Origin: Candidatus Paracaedimonas acanthamoebae
Lineage (GTDB): Bacteria > Pseudomonadota > Alphaproteobacteria > Caedimonadales > Caedimonadaceae
Direction of reading: 5' to 3'
NCBI GenBank assembly: GCA_000743035.1
Contig: CP008936.1
Location: 1,410,001 to 1,442,000 of the forward strand
DNA length: 32,000 bases
Each line of letters starts with the position of its first letter. The stretch's first letter is position 1. Position numbers and translations under genes: made by a program. Positions 17,166 through 26,564 of this stretch are shown one piece after another. The notes beneath the pieces are model-generated. The model had not been told where the DNA came from. It searched no databases and saw only the letters and a program-made list of their open reading frames with translations.

Positions 17166-20100
17166 TTAAGAAACCCTTTTCAATGATTGTTCCCTCAAAA
17201 CAAAAGAATCTAATAGGGGGGCCTGTACTGGAAAACGCGGCAGGGCGATACACTTTAATTTTTGGGGCACTTTTTCATGGGATGTATTTTTCTCTCCTTT
17301 TTTAGGCTTATCTGTATCATGAAGCGCAATTCTTAAGTAAACGCGGCTATCCGTCGTTTTTCTTTCCATAGCCAAAGGATTATCTTCTTGGGAACACCCT
17401 AGCCTACAAGTTGTTGGAATAACAAATTCTAGCAAGGAACTAGGGGATGTTTTAGCGCTGGAAGGCTCTGATTCATATGAAACATGCTCTTTAATGAGTT
17501 TGATAAGGCTCCAACGTCCCGTATAGGCAAAGCTTGCTTTAGGGCCAATAACAGTTAAGCTTGGTCGTCGAGGATCTGAAAGAGGGGATAGATCTCCATC
17601 CATAGCCCAGCGCAAATCGACAATAATTGGCATCCCCATAGACCAAGAAGCGCTTAAATTCTTTTGACGGAAGTCAAGGATTTGAGCGCCCACCTGCATG
17701 CTCCAATCAATGATCTTATCTCCTCCAGCTTCACGTTTACGATCTGTACGGAAAGAAACGTCGAAATCAACCTTTGAAGGGGCCTGCTCTAGTCCCTGAT
17801 CAATAGCTGCTAACATTAAAGTACGAATGCTCTGAATATCTTTAATAAAGCGAATAGCTTCAGATTCAGTGCTACCGGTGGTTTTTAAATATTTTTCAAG
17901 GGATGAAATTTCTTGTAAATCAAGAGTATCGAAAAGTTCAAAGAAGGTTGCAACGTCATTTTGGTCGGCTTCGAAACTTTCTGCATTTTCTAGCTTACGG
18001 CTAAAGGGAAAACGCCCAGCAAGATTGGTATTAAAGAATGTCGCTGCTTTATTGTAGTGCTCAAATGCGCGGCGAATTGTAACATTTTTACACCTTTTTT
18101 TAAGTTGTTGAGTGATTGTATTACGAATATCGACAAAATAATCGTCGAGTCCTATAAAATCTTCTTGCAAATCAAGAGAAGCACAATTTTCAAGGGTAAT
18201 TTCGTTAATATCGTATGTTAAAAAATGCTCAAGAGCTACTAAAGAGCTTCCAGGTGTTTTCTTTTCATAATCATCAATTGCTTTAATAATGCGGGTCCAC
18301 CAATCAACAAGAGGAATATCAAAAGGGATGTCTTCAAGATAACCAATACTGAGAAGAGAGAGAATAGGTTCTGCGAGCTCTTTCGCAAGGAAACTAATTC
18401 TAACTCTTTGAGCCTTTAAAAATGTCTTCATGTCGTTAAGGTCACGAACACCAAAAGCCTTTAATCCGACCATGGAGCTTCCATCCCACCACACAAACAT
18501 ATCTTCGCAAGCAGCATATAAGTCATCACTTTCAAGCATTTTTTCAATTTTTTGCAGAATATGCTGACTCTCGTTAACAAGTAGCTGCCTCAATTTAGTA
18601 TTTTGAGTAACTAGTCCTCCTTCATCAAATACGCTGAAAATCCGAGCAAATATAGGCACAACTTTCGTAATATTGAGGACTTGTGCCTGAAGAAGTTCGC
18701 GAGCTCCGAGACCTGCATTGTTTGTAGATCCATCACTGAGCACTTGAGATTGTGCAACATAGTTTAAAATACATTGGCGCATACTATTACGGCCAATAAG
18801 CTTCATAATGTTTTGAAGAGCTGGAGGCATATTATTGAGACGTTGTGCCATAAAATCATCAAAATTTTCAATTATCTTCCCTGCTTTTTGCAGTGTAAGA
18901 TCATCCCAAAATAAAAGTTTTCCTGCAGGAACTTTTGTTATCATTTGCTGATCTACAGATTTCATCATAAAGGGCTCATCCAAAAACATTGACATATAAT
19001 CGATGAAATGAATGAGACCGGGAGAAGGGTCTGAAATAAGTTGTCCATTTCTCAGAGAAAATAAAGGACCTGTTAAAGGAGTTGTGAAACTTGCAAGGGC
19101 CAGCTTAAATTTAATGAATTCTCTTTCAGAAATTTTATTTAATTCTGATGCTATATCTTTTCCTAGTAGTGTTGAGGTTGTAATTTGGTTGATAAGAGAG
19201 CTATATCCTGGGCCTGGATCAAAAACATCTTTATCAGCCCAATTAAGGCTCCCACTTGAAATGATATCAGCTGCTGTGATTGTTTCTTCAACGATTTTAC
19301 GAAGATCCTCACTCTTATAAGTCCTTGTTTTGGCTGAATCTGAAAGATGGATTAATTTTCTAGAAATACTTGCAAAAATAGGAAAACTTTCATCTAAATT
19401 GAAAGCGTGCTCAATAAAGTTCTTATAAATAATACCAAGCTTTTGACCTGCTCCCACTTTAAAAGGACTTAAATCAATAGGTCGCTCAAGACTCATAGAA
19501 AGTGCAGAACTATAATAATCCGCTGAAGTATAAAATTGGGAGGGAAGATCTTTATTAAAGAGGTATTTTATTAGTGTCGCCAAGTCTTGAATATTGCGAC
19601 TATGCTCAAGATTATTGAAATTATGAACTTGTTGCTCAAGTTGCTGAATTTGTTGAACGTAATTCTTAATTGCCAGAAAAGGTTGAGACAATAAAATATT
19701 AGTAGCACTTTGTTTATATCCACTGCTGGGATATTCAAGTTTCTTTAAAGAAACAATATCTTCGGCCTTTTTTATGATCGCAGAGTATAAAGAAGGCAGA
19801 ATAATTCGATCATAAGCTGCTGAAAAAGCAAGACGGATATTATCATTTAGAGGACTAAACCATGAAGCAGGGATAAATATTGATCCTACATTGACAGTAT
19901 CAATGGCAGTAAATTTCTCTAAAATAATATCAACTTGTTGATTAAGATAAGCAAGAAAACGTGGATCGTCAGAAACCCCTCCTTTAAGGCTTACACCTTG
20001 GATAGATTTATCAATTTGAATGAGAGCAGGCATTGTTGTATTCAAGCCTGTTTTTAGATTATCATGAGCAAAAATAAGTCCCATAAACCAAACAATTCCA

Positions 20101-21431
20101 ATCGCTGCGGCAGTAGCTTTGGCATAATTTAATATCCTGTTTGTTGAGACTAAAATTCTCATAATAGGTTGTGCCAATGTTGACTCAGAAAAAATCTTTT
20201 TTTCAAATAAATCTGTAATAAAATAGATACGTTCTGAGAGAGGATTTTGAAATTCTTTCTCATTATTAAGATTGAAATCTGTGTTAAGTTTAGGGAGTAA
20301 AGAAGGCGCAACTATAGAATCTATAAACGTTCTACCAGTTAAATAAATTCCTCGTAGAAAGAAAGATTCGTGGTATGCACTACCTTTAAATATTTGATCT
20401 AAATAAATTTGAAGGTTTTCTTTAAGTTGAATAAATTCAAGTGGTAATGTGAATACACCGTCAATAAGATGAGATTGTGTTTTGCGAGCGGTAAAAATAG
20501 ATGCGCGAAGTCGATCTAAGGTTCTATGAATATAGCGAAATGCTTCATCGACCCAAGAAGTTAAATAATTAGCATCAACACTATAAGGACATGACCACCC
20601 TAAAATTTCTTGAGAATTGGCAATAGGGAGCGCTTCAACGAAGCTTTGGAACCCCGACATAATATCACTTTTCGTAAGCACAACGTAGATAGGAATTTTT
20701 ATCCCCAAAATACTCTGAAGTTCCCAAAGCTTCGTATAAATAACTTTAGCTCGCTCATATATTTCATTATGGCTTAATCTTGTTGAAGAGACTAATTCAT
20801 CACATGGCAAAGTTAAAATAATGCCATCAAGAGGACGTTTAGGACGAAAACGATTTAATAATTGTAAAAGATATTCCCAATCTTGGTTGTCAGATGAAAG
20901 AGAATTTTCACGTAATATAAATGGGCCATTTGGTTCTAAAACTACTGCACCGTCATAGAAACGCCAAATTAATTTAGCATGTTCTTCTGGAATTTCAAAT
21001 GCTGGTTTACCAATTGGAAGCTCAAGGTTTAAATTTTTTAATAAAGTTGTTTTTCCTGATCCTTCAGCACCGATCAAAAGATACCAGGGCAGCTCATATT
21101 GTGGTTCTCTAGAGCCCAGATATGTTTTAATAATTTCTTCAGTCTGCCGAAATGAATTGCTCATTTCATCTTTAGGAAGCCGCCCCCAGCTCAAGTTAGA
21201 AAGCTTATTTTTAAAAGTTGATTTTAAAGTTAAAAAACGCTCTAAAAAAGACGCCTCTTTAGATTGTAAAGGTTGCGGAGCCCGAGTTTTTGTTTTTTGT
21301 TTTAGGGCTTTAGAAACTGTTCTTTGAGCAAGAAACACTAAAAATATAACTAACAAAACACCTAAAGCAAGTGCAATAAAAACGAAGTAAGGAAGGTAAG
21401 GAAGAAAACCTTGTAGAATTTCAGTAATCAT
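17166..21431 (-). CDS. tssM: Type VI secretion membrane subunit TssM (IcmF family), 1421 aa
   Basis: N-terminal hydrophobic segment (about residues 9-35), Walker A GAEGSGKT (121-128), second TM around 437-455, then about 965 aa of predicted periplasmic region. Positioned directly after tssL, as in canonical loci. Confidence 0.9.
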   Translation of the reverse strand: MITEILQGFLPYLPYFVFIALALGVLLVIFLVFLAQRTVSKALKQKTKTRAPQPLQSKEASFLERFLTLKSTFKNKLSNLSWGRLPKDEMSNSFRQTEEIIKTYLGSREPQYELPWYLLIGAEGSGKTTLLKNLNLELPIGKPAFEIPEEHAKLIWRFYDGAVVLEPNGPFILRENSLSSDNQDWEYLLQLLNRFRPKRPLDGIILTLPCDELVSSTRLSHNEIYERAKVIYTKLWELQSILGIKIPIYVVLTKSDIMSGFQSFVEALPIANSQEILGWSCPYSVDANYLTSWVDEAFRYIHRTLDRLRASIFTARKTQSHLIDGVFTLPLEFIQLKENLQIYLDQIFKGSAYHESFFLRGIYLTGRTFIDSIVAPSLLPKLNTDFNLNNEKEFQNPLSERIYFITDLFEKKIFSESTLAQPIMRILVSTNRILNYAKATAAAIGIVWFMGLIFAHDNLKTGLNTTMPALIQIDKSIQGVSLKGGVSDDPRFLAYLNQQVDIILEKFTAIDTVNVGSIFIPASWFSPLNDNIRLAFSAAYDRIILPSLYSAIIKKAEDIVSLKKLEYPSSGYKQSATNILLSQPFLAIKNYVQQIQQLEQQVHNFNNLEHSRNIQDLATLIKYLFNKDLPSQFYTSADYYSSALSMSLERPIDLSPFKVGAGQKLGIIYKNFIEHAFNLDESFPIFASISRKLIHLSDSAKTRTYKSEDLRKIVEETITAADIISSGSLNWADKDVFDPGPGYSSLINQITTSTLLGKDIASELNKISEREFIKFKLALASFTTPLTGPLFSLRNGQLISDPSPGLIHFIDYMSMFLDEPFMMKSVDQQMITKVPAGKLLFWDDLTLQKAGKIIENFDDFMAQRLNNMPPALQNIMKLIGRNSMRQCILNYVAQSQVLSDGSTNNAGLGARELLQAQVLNITKVVPIFARIFSVFDEGGLVTQNTKLRQLLVNESQHILQKIEKMLESDDLYAACEDMFVWWDGSSMVGLKAFGVRDLNDMKTFLKAQRVRISFLAKELAEPILSLLSIGYLEDIPFDIPLVDWWTRIIKAIDDYEKKTPGSSLVALEHFLTYDINEITLENCASLDLQEDFIGLDDYFVDIRNTITQQLKKRCKNVTIRRAFEHYNKAATFFNTNLAGRFPFSRKLENAESFEADQNDVATFFELFDTLDLQEISSLEKYLKTTGSTESEAIRFIKDIQSIRTLMLAAIDQGLEQAPSKVDFDVSFRTDRKREAGGDKIIDWSMQVGAQILDFRQKNLSASWSMGMPIIVDLRWAMDGDLSPLSDPRRPSLTVIGPKASFAYTGRWSLIKLIKEHVSYESEPSSAKTSPSSLLEFVIPTTCRLGCSQEDNPLAMERKTTDSRVYLRIALHDTDKPKKGEKNTSHEKVPQKLKCIALPRFPVQAPLLDSFVLREQSLKRVS

Positions 21432-21440
21432 TTAATTCTC

Positions 21441-22253
21441 CTACCGCTTTTTACCTGATTCATAAAGAATACGGTCAACAATTTCAAAAGTCGCAGTTGT
21501 AACACTGCGCCACACTCCATAAGATGCCAATAATAACACTGCAAAAACGCTTGCGATGGCAATCATCCATAAGCGTACATCTTGAAGAAGCCTGACTTTT
21601 CTTGGTTCTGGTGTATGGGTATATGCTTCAGGGAAAAGTCGTTCTCCTTCTTGATAAAGTTTAGGTTCTGAATGGTTAATAAAAACATAAAGCTGACGAA
21701 GATAATGGGCTAATTGACCTCCATCATTCGTATCACGATATTTTCCTTGAAAGCCAAGACCTAAAGCCAATAGGTAAATTTGGGCAAGATCATTACGTAA
21801 AGGATCACGAGTAGCTAATAAGTTTTCAAGCCTTGTAAAGAACTGTTCCCCAGCATCGTGCGTATCAAAAAAGAAAGATTCTAGAAGATTATCTTCCCAA
21901 TATTTGCGACCTTTCCAATCTAAGGATAAGAAGATTTCATCTGCAAGAGATGCCATAATATACTTAGTCTCAAGGTAATAGCTTACGGCAAATTCACCGC
22001 CAAAACGACTAGATTCCATTGTTTGGCGTTCAATTAAAAGGCGTAGTTCCTCTAAAAAATTTCTTGCTTGATTTGCAAGGGTCTCATTTTGATCTCCTGG
22101 GATATCATCTATGCCATCTCTGATAGGAAGCCATTGCTCAGTTTTAATTCTTTCTTTGATTTCAATAATTTTAGTATAAAATTCTTCAAAGTAACGAATC
22201 ACAAAGGATGTTTCGTAATCTTCCTGTCGTCTTAAATTGATAGGTGCGCCCAT
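21441..22253 (-). CDS. tssL: Type VI secretion protein TssL (DotU/IcmH family), no peptidoglycan-binding extension
   Basis: DotU-type cytoplasmic domain with IYLLALGLGFQGKYR, a single C-terminal TM (LWMIAIASVFAVLLLASYGVW) and only about 22 residues after it. Confidence 0.85.
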   Translation of the reverse strand: MGAPINLRRQEDYETSFVIRYFEEFYTKIIEIKERIKTEQWLPIRDGIDDIPGDQNETLANQARNFLEELRLLIERQTMESSRFGGEFAVSYYLETKYIMASLADEIFLSLDWKGRKYWEDNLLESFFFDTHDAGEQFFTRLENLLATRDPLRNDLAQIYLLALGLGFQGKYRDTNDGGQLAHYLRQLYVFINHSEPKLYQEGERLFPEAYTHTPEPRKVRLLQDVRLWMIAIASVFAVLLLASYGVWRSVTTATFEIVDRILYESGKKR

Positions 22254-22278
22254 GGCGTCTTTGCTCCTTTTTAAAGTT

Positions 22279-23619
22279 TTAATTTTTCTCTAAATTGTTT
22301 TTAGGGACATAGAGCACAAGTTCAATAGGTCTCTTTTCTTGGGTGTCTGCGATATTGAAGATCTGCAAGGCTTCATCCGGATTAATAAATCGAGGGTTGG
22401 TTTCCACCGTAAATAAAAGGACATCTTTAGCAGGGAACAAATTCAACTCATTATCACCCTCAATGATTTTTCGAGCAGCACCAAGAATACGTTTGTCGCG
22501 ACTTGGAGCAACATGAGTTTCTGACGCGATTAAAGCATTCATCAACCAAGCCACGAGATCTTTCTCGTTCATAGCGGGAGAAGCTTTAATACCTAAAATT
22601 AAAGAATTTCCCATCCAATCTCGCTTTAAGAGTAATGAGAAAAGACGATCTTTTTGGTTGAAAGGAACAACGAAATAACCTTCTTGGATGCGGGCTAGCA
22701 TTAAATTAATATAAGTAATTAATTCTATATAGCTTGTACGAATGTCATTATGTTGGTAGGCCTTAAAGACAGGAGGCATGTGCCCTAGGTTAAGGGTTGA
22801 AACATGGCTTGCTACTGTTGCTAACTGTAAATACAATTGAAATGGATGGGCTGTGCCTGAGTGTAAAATAGCTTCTAGGGACAATAACCCTGTTGTAAGA
22901 GCACGAATACTTTGTTCAGCTTCTGCTGACATTATGTCACCTGTATTACTATAAAGTTGATCCCCCAGAAATGCTATTTTTTCTCGCATCGCTTTTGCAA
23001 GATCCAAACCAAGAAGTCCAAGGGTTGAATCTGTCTCAACTTTTAAAAGAGGCGCAATATACTCCGTAACTGCAAACCCATTTGTTGAATAGTGAATTTC
23101 CATAAGAGGCAAAGCTACAAAGCGCGACGGCGCCTCTTCGCCGATAAACAAGCTTAGATTGGGTTGTAGAATTGGAAAAGCAATTTTGCCTTCTCCGGTA
23201 TTTTCATCAACGGCTTGAGATCCATCCCGCGACATAAAGCGCGCTTCTTCTCTAGAAACATTTAACGTGCCTGGTTTGTATTCTGGTATAACTAGAAATA
23301 CTTTAAGAGGTTTTGTTTTTAAGGTTTCGACAAAAGGGGTTAAATTGATTTCAAGAAAATCACCTTCGTTTGCATAAGCTGAAACAACAAGACCATCAGG
23401 CATGATGGCTTCAAGTTCTAAAATACGTAATTTACCAGCAACTAAAATAGCAGGATCGAAGTTGAAATGAGTTATGCCCCAGTGATGTGAAACTGCTGTA
23501 TTGATATGAAAACTTAAGAGTTGATGTAAGCGATGATCATTTTGTTGGAAATGCTGAGGCATCAATAGCATGCCTTCATACCATTGGATTGCATCTCTAA
23601 CTCGTCCTAATTTTGACAT
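22279..23619 (-). CDS. tssK: Type VI secretion baseplate subunit TssK
   Basis: N-terminus MSKLGRVRDAIQWYEGMLLMPQHFQQNDHRL is the conserved TssK signature. The ATG at 23619 is preceded by AGGGGGG. About 446 aa, the typical size. Confidence 0.9.
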   Translation of the reverse strand: MSKLGRVRDAIQWYEGMLLMPQHFQQNDHRLHQLLSFHINTAVSHHWGITHFNFDPAILVAGKLRILELEAIMPDGLVVSAYANEGDFLEINLTPFVETLKTKPLKVFLVIPEYKPGTLNVSREEARFMSRDGSQAVDENTGEGKIAFPILQPNLSLFIGEEAPSRFVALPLMEIHYSTNGFAVTEYIAPLLKVETDSTLGLLGLDLAKAMREKIAFLGDQLYSNTGDIMSAEAEQSIRALTTGLLSLEAILHSGTAHPFQLYLQLATVASHVSTLNLGHMPPVFKAYQHNDIRTSYIELITYINLMLARIQEGYFVVPFNQKDRLFSLLLKRDWMGNSLILGIKASPAMNEKDLVAWLMNALIASETHVAPSRDKRILGAARKIIEGDNELNLFPAKDVLLFTVETNPRFINPDEALQIFNIADTQEKRPIELVLYVPKNNLEKN

Positions 23620-23641
23620 TTTCCCCCCTAAATATCCTTTA

Positions 23642-24250
23642 TCAATTTTTCTTTTCACATTCTTTTTTTTGTTCCGCACTGTCGACAGGTTTTGAGGCTA
23701 TGCCCGCGCGGATTGTTTCAAGTAATAAATCTTCCGCGCTTTTTGTAGGTCCTGTTTTTTCAAATCGACATCCTTGTTCTAAAATACAGAAATCTTCATT
23801 CTTAAGCCTGAGATGAATAGCTGCAGCATTACCTACGCGTTCTCGATGATTTCCAGGAGTTAAATAATCTGCAAAAATTATGATCCCTAAAGGGTCATCG
23901 CCATTCGCCTTAATTTTATAATCAGTGATTGACTGCCCGGGTGTTAGTTCCCAACGATAAACCTCAAGCATATCAGGATAATCTCTTTTAATTTGATCAG
24001 AGGAAGCGAAATAATCGGCCGCGTTAATTTTTATGAGAGATTTTAATAATTCCATTTTATAAATAATAAGAAGTTCAATAGCCGTTGCAGAATTGCGATT
24101 AGCATCATTATCAAGCGAGATAGATACTGATTTAAGATTTAATTCTGGATCTCGCGCGTCATCATCCTTAGCACATCCTACGATTAATAAGACACTCAAG
24201 GAGACCAAGAAATTTTTTAATAGTTTAAGATTTGTGATAACACTCATCAT
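23642..24250 (-). CDS. tssJ: Type VI secretion outer-membrane lipoprotein TssJ (SciN-like)
   Basis: Lipobox LLIVGC after a signal sequence. SciN-like stretch ELLIIYKMELLKSLIKINAADYF ... LTPGQS. Sits immediately upstream of tssK-tssL-tssM. Confidence 0.7.
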   Translation of the reverse strand: MMSVITNLKLLKNFLVSLSVLLIVGCAKDDDARDPELNLKSVSISLDNDANRNSATAIELLIIYKMELLKSLIKINAADYFASSDQIKRDYPDMLEVYRWELTPGQSITDYKIKANGDDPLGIIIFADYLTPGNHRERVGNAAAIHLRLKNEDFCILEQGCRFEKTGPTKSAEDLLLETIRAGIASKPVDSAEQKKECEKKN

Positions 24251-24254
24251 TTAC

Positions 24255-25313
24255 TCAATCCACCGTTTGTTTGTTAAATTCTTCAGGAGTAATTAGGACA
24301 ATACGCGTAAGTTGCCCCCCTTGCTCACGTAAAATTTTGGAAGCATTTAAAGCTTCTTGGAAAGTTTTATATTGTCCCGCTTGTACAGCATAAATGATTC
24401 CCTGTGCACTCCATAAACGATTAAAATAGCTGTCTGTGAATCCTCTTTTCTTAAGATCTTCAATGTATTCTTGAGCTGAATTTTGATCGGTAAAATCACG
24501 TATATGAATTGTATAAAAATTTTGCCTCTGAGTAAGGGCTGGAGTTTCTTTATGTAAAGTTGTTTCTTGTTTAGAATCTGATAGGGTTGGATTCATTTGA
24601 GAATCTTTATACTCATCCCCTATTTTTTCACCTACTTTCGTAAACGCTTGATTCGTTTTTTGTTGAGCGAGTGTTTGAGCAAGACCTGTTGTGAAAGGGG
24701 CAACAATACCACCTAATTTAGATCCTAACGTATCTCTCAGCTTGCTTGTTGTTTTATTAAGGACTTGGGCAATAGAAGATTGTGCTTGAAATTTAGCTTC
24801 TGCTAAACTTTGTCGTTCAGCTTTTTCGAGTAGAGAAGCTGCAGCAACTTTACGCCCTGAAGCTCTGGCAAGTTGTTGTTGACGTACACTATAAGAGTTT
24901 GCTTGAGAACTTTGAACAAAAGGAAGTTGTGGACTGTTTTCAGAAAGTGAAGCAATCGTTTTGGCTGCTGCATGTGTGAGAGAGTACCCACCATACGGAG
25001 GGAAAAGCGTATAACATGTGAGAAAACCGACAACAAAGAAGAGTGCCGCCATGAATGCAAGAGCGATTAATAATACAAGGCTTGGTACTTTTCCCAATTT
25101 TACTTCTCCTTCAGGTAGCGTTTTTAATGAGGTCTTTTTCTTCATTTCAAGAGAAGCAAGATCGTTTGCTAATACTGTTGCCGCATCTTCAGTATCACCT
25201 TGCGTTTCTTGAGCAATAAAGCTTGGAAGAGGGTCGTTTGGACGTTGTTGAGCAACGCGTAAGCTTTCACGGCGTCTTACAACCCCATATAACATCTCCT
25301 CTGTTTTGGTCAT
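24255..25313 (-). CDS. Bitopic inner-membrane protein with a C-terminal SPOR-like (peptidoglycan-binding) domain; first gene of the T6SS operon
   Basis: About 75 aa cytoplasmic N-terminus, one TM (about residues 77-104), a Gln/Ala-rich linker and a C-terminal region of about 75 aa: FYTIHIRDFTDQNSAQEYIEDLKKRGFTDSYF...IYAVQAGQYKTFQEALNASKIL. This follows the SPOR pattern Y-x-V/I-Q-x-G-x-F...A...L. GAGGAGG Shine-Dalgarno 5 nt before the ATG. The stop lies 4 nt before the tssJ ATG. Confidence 0.6.
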   Translation of the reverse strand: MTKTEEMLYGVVRRRESLRVAQQRPNDPLPSFIAQETQGDTEDAATVLANDLASLEMKKKTSLKTLPEGEVKLGKVPSLVLLIALAFMAALFFVVGFLTCYTLFPPYGGYSLTHAAAKTIASLSENSPQLPFVQSSQANSYSVRQQQLARASGRKVAAASLLEKAERQSLAEAKFQAQSSIAQVLNKTTSKLRDTLGSKLGGIVAPFTTGLAQTLAQQKTNQAFTKVGEKIGDEYKDSQMNPTLSDSKQETTLHKETPALTQRQNFYTIHIRDFTDQNSAQEYIEDLKKRGFTDSYFNRLWSAQGIIYAVQAGQYKTFQEALNASKILREQGGQLTRIVLITPEEFNKQTVD

Positions 25314-25503
25314 AAAGCCTCCTCATTCCCCTTATTAAATTTAGCAATATTTTAAGAGGATCAATACCTAATCCACCCTATTTAGATTAAAATTTAGTAA
25401 ATTTTATGAAATTTTTATAATAATTTAAATAAAATTCAAGAATAAGGGATTAAACTAAAAAGGAAAATTTCCCTCTAAAAATCAGCAGTTAATAAAGACA
25501 AAA

Positions 25504-26427
25504 TTAAGTAGAACGACGAGGAGTGGGGATTCTAGAAAGAGAAGCTTCTATTTGTTGAGCATCAGGAAGGCTTGGTTGTGCGCCAACTGTTAGACAAGCA
25601 AGACTACTAGCAACAGCCGCCCTTCTAAGAGCTTGATCAATTGGCAATCCTTTATCAAAAGCTGCTGCAAAAACACCCACAAACGCATCACCTGCTGCAG
25701 TTGTATCAACAGGCTTAATAGGGAGAGCCTGAACAAGCCATGTCCCCAGGGGATCACAAGCAAAAGCTCCCTCGGCGCCAAGTGTTACAATGCAAGTAAT
25801 CCCATATTTAGAAGAGAGACGACGTGCAGCAATTGCGGGTGAGATCACATCAAAGCCTAAATGCAAAGCTAAAACTGTTGCCTCTATTTGATTCATGACA
25901 AGCACATTTAGAGATTGGATTAACTCATCTGAGATAGGTTGTGCTGGCGCTAAATTAAGAATTATTCGCGCTTTCTTTTGTTTTGCGCGTTCGATAAGCT
26001 TCCAATTTTCTTCTGGAGGTACTTCCATTTGAATAAGTACAGTTGATTTTTCGGTAAGAAATTCATCAGGAATAGTTGTCGAGCTTGCCTCTAAATTAGC
26101 CCCGCTTGCAATTGTAATCATGTTCTCACCGGCACTATCAACGCATATTGTAGCACAGCCAGTTGGTCGATCACTTATTGTTAAAGCAGAAATATCTACA
26201 CGCGTGGTTTCGAGAAAATGGCGGGCAATTTGAGCAAAACTATCATTGCCTATACTCCCAAACATTTTAACCTTGGCGCCAGCCTTGGCTGCCGCAACAG
26301 CTTGATTAGCACCTTTTCCTCCTGGAAGAAGTTTATATTCTTCACACAATACAATATTACCTGGTCTTGGCAGCACGTCAACAGGCAGGACCATATCTAC
26401 ATTGAGAGATCCAAAAACAATAATCAT
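25504..26427 (-). CDS. rbsK: Ribokinase (PfkB family)
   Basis: 307 aa. GSLNVDM, LPGGKGANQAVAAAKAG, and the C-terminal PfkB signature VDTTAAGDAFVGVFAAA. Confidence 0.85.
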   Translation of the reverse strand: MIIVFGSLNVDMVLPVDVLPRPGNIVLCEEYKLLPGGKGANQAVAAAKAGAKVKMFGSIGNDSFAQIARHFLETTRVDISALTISDRPTGCATICVDSAGENMITIASGANLEASSTTIPDEFLTEKSTVLIQMEVPPEENWKLIERAKQKKARIILNLAPAQPISDELIQSLNVLVMNQIEATVLALHLGFDVISPAIAARRLSSKYGITCIVTLGAEGAFACDPLGTWLVQALPIKPVDTTAAGDAFVGVFAAAFDKGLPIDQALRRAAVASSLACLTVGAQPSLPDAQQIEASLSRIPTPRRST

Positions 26428-26564
26428 AGTTTTAATTCGTTATTCGAGAGACTTCTTTCTTTTATTAATAAGAGAAGAGCAAGCAATAGGTCAACTAAAA
26501 ACCCTATTCAGCTTTGCACTTTGATAAAAAAAGTATATACTTAATATGGGGAAAGGGAGGAATC

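Noticed and set aside
25361-25375. Sigma-54-like -24/-12 element TGGATTAGGTATTGA on the minus strand, about 45 nt upstream of the SPOR/T6SS operon start.
   Set aside because: The spacing matches TGG-N9-TTG, but the conserved -12 GC is GA here. The region is so AT-rich that chance matches are expected. I cannot tell whether the genome encodes RpoN. This is only worth revisiting if a transcription start site maps about 12 nt downstream.
15928-25503. Mobile-element hallmarks around the T6SS block (integrase, transposase, flanking direct repeats, tRNA target).
   Set aside because: I could see none by eye in the 73-bp and 190-bp border spacers. The only tRNA (5490-5565) is 10 kb away. I make no mobile-element call.
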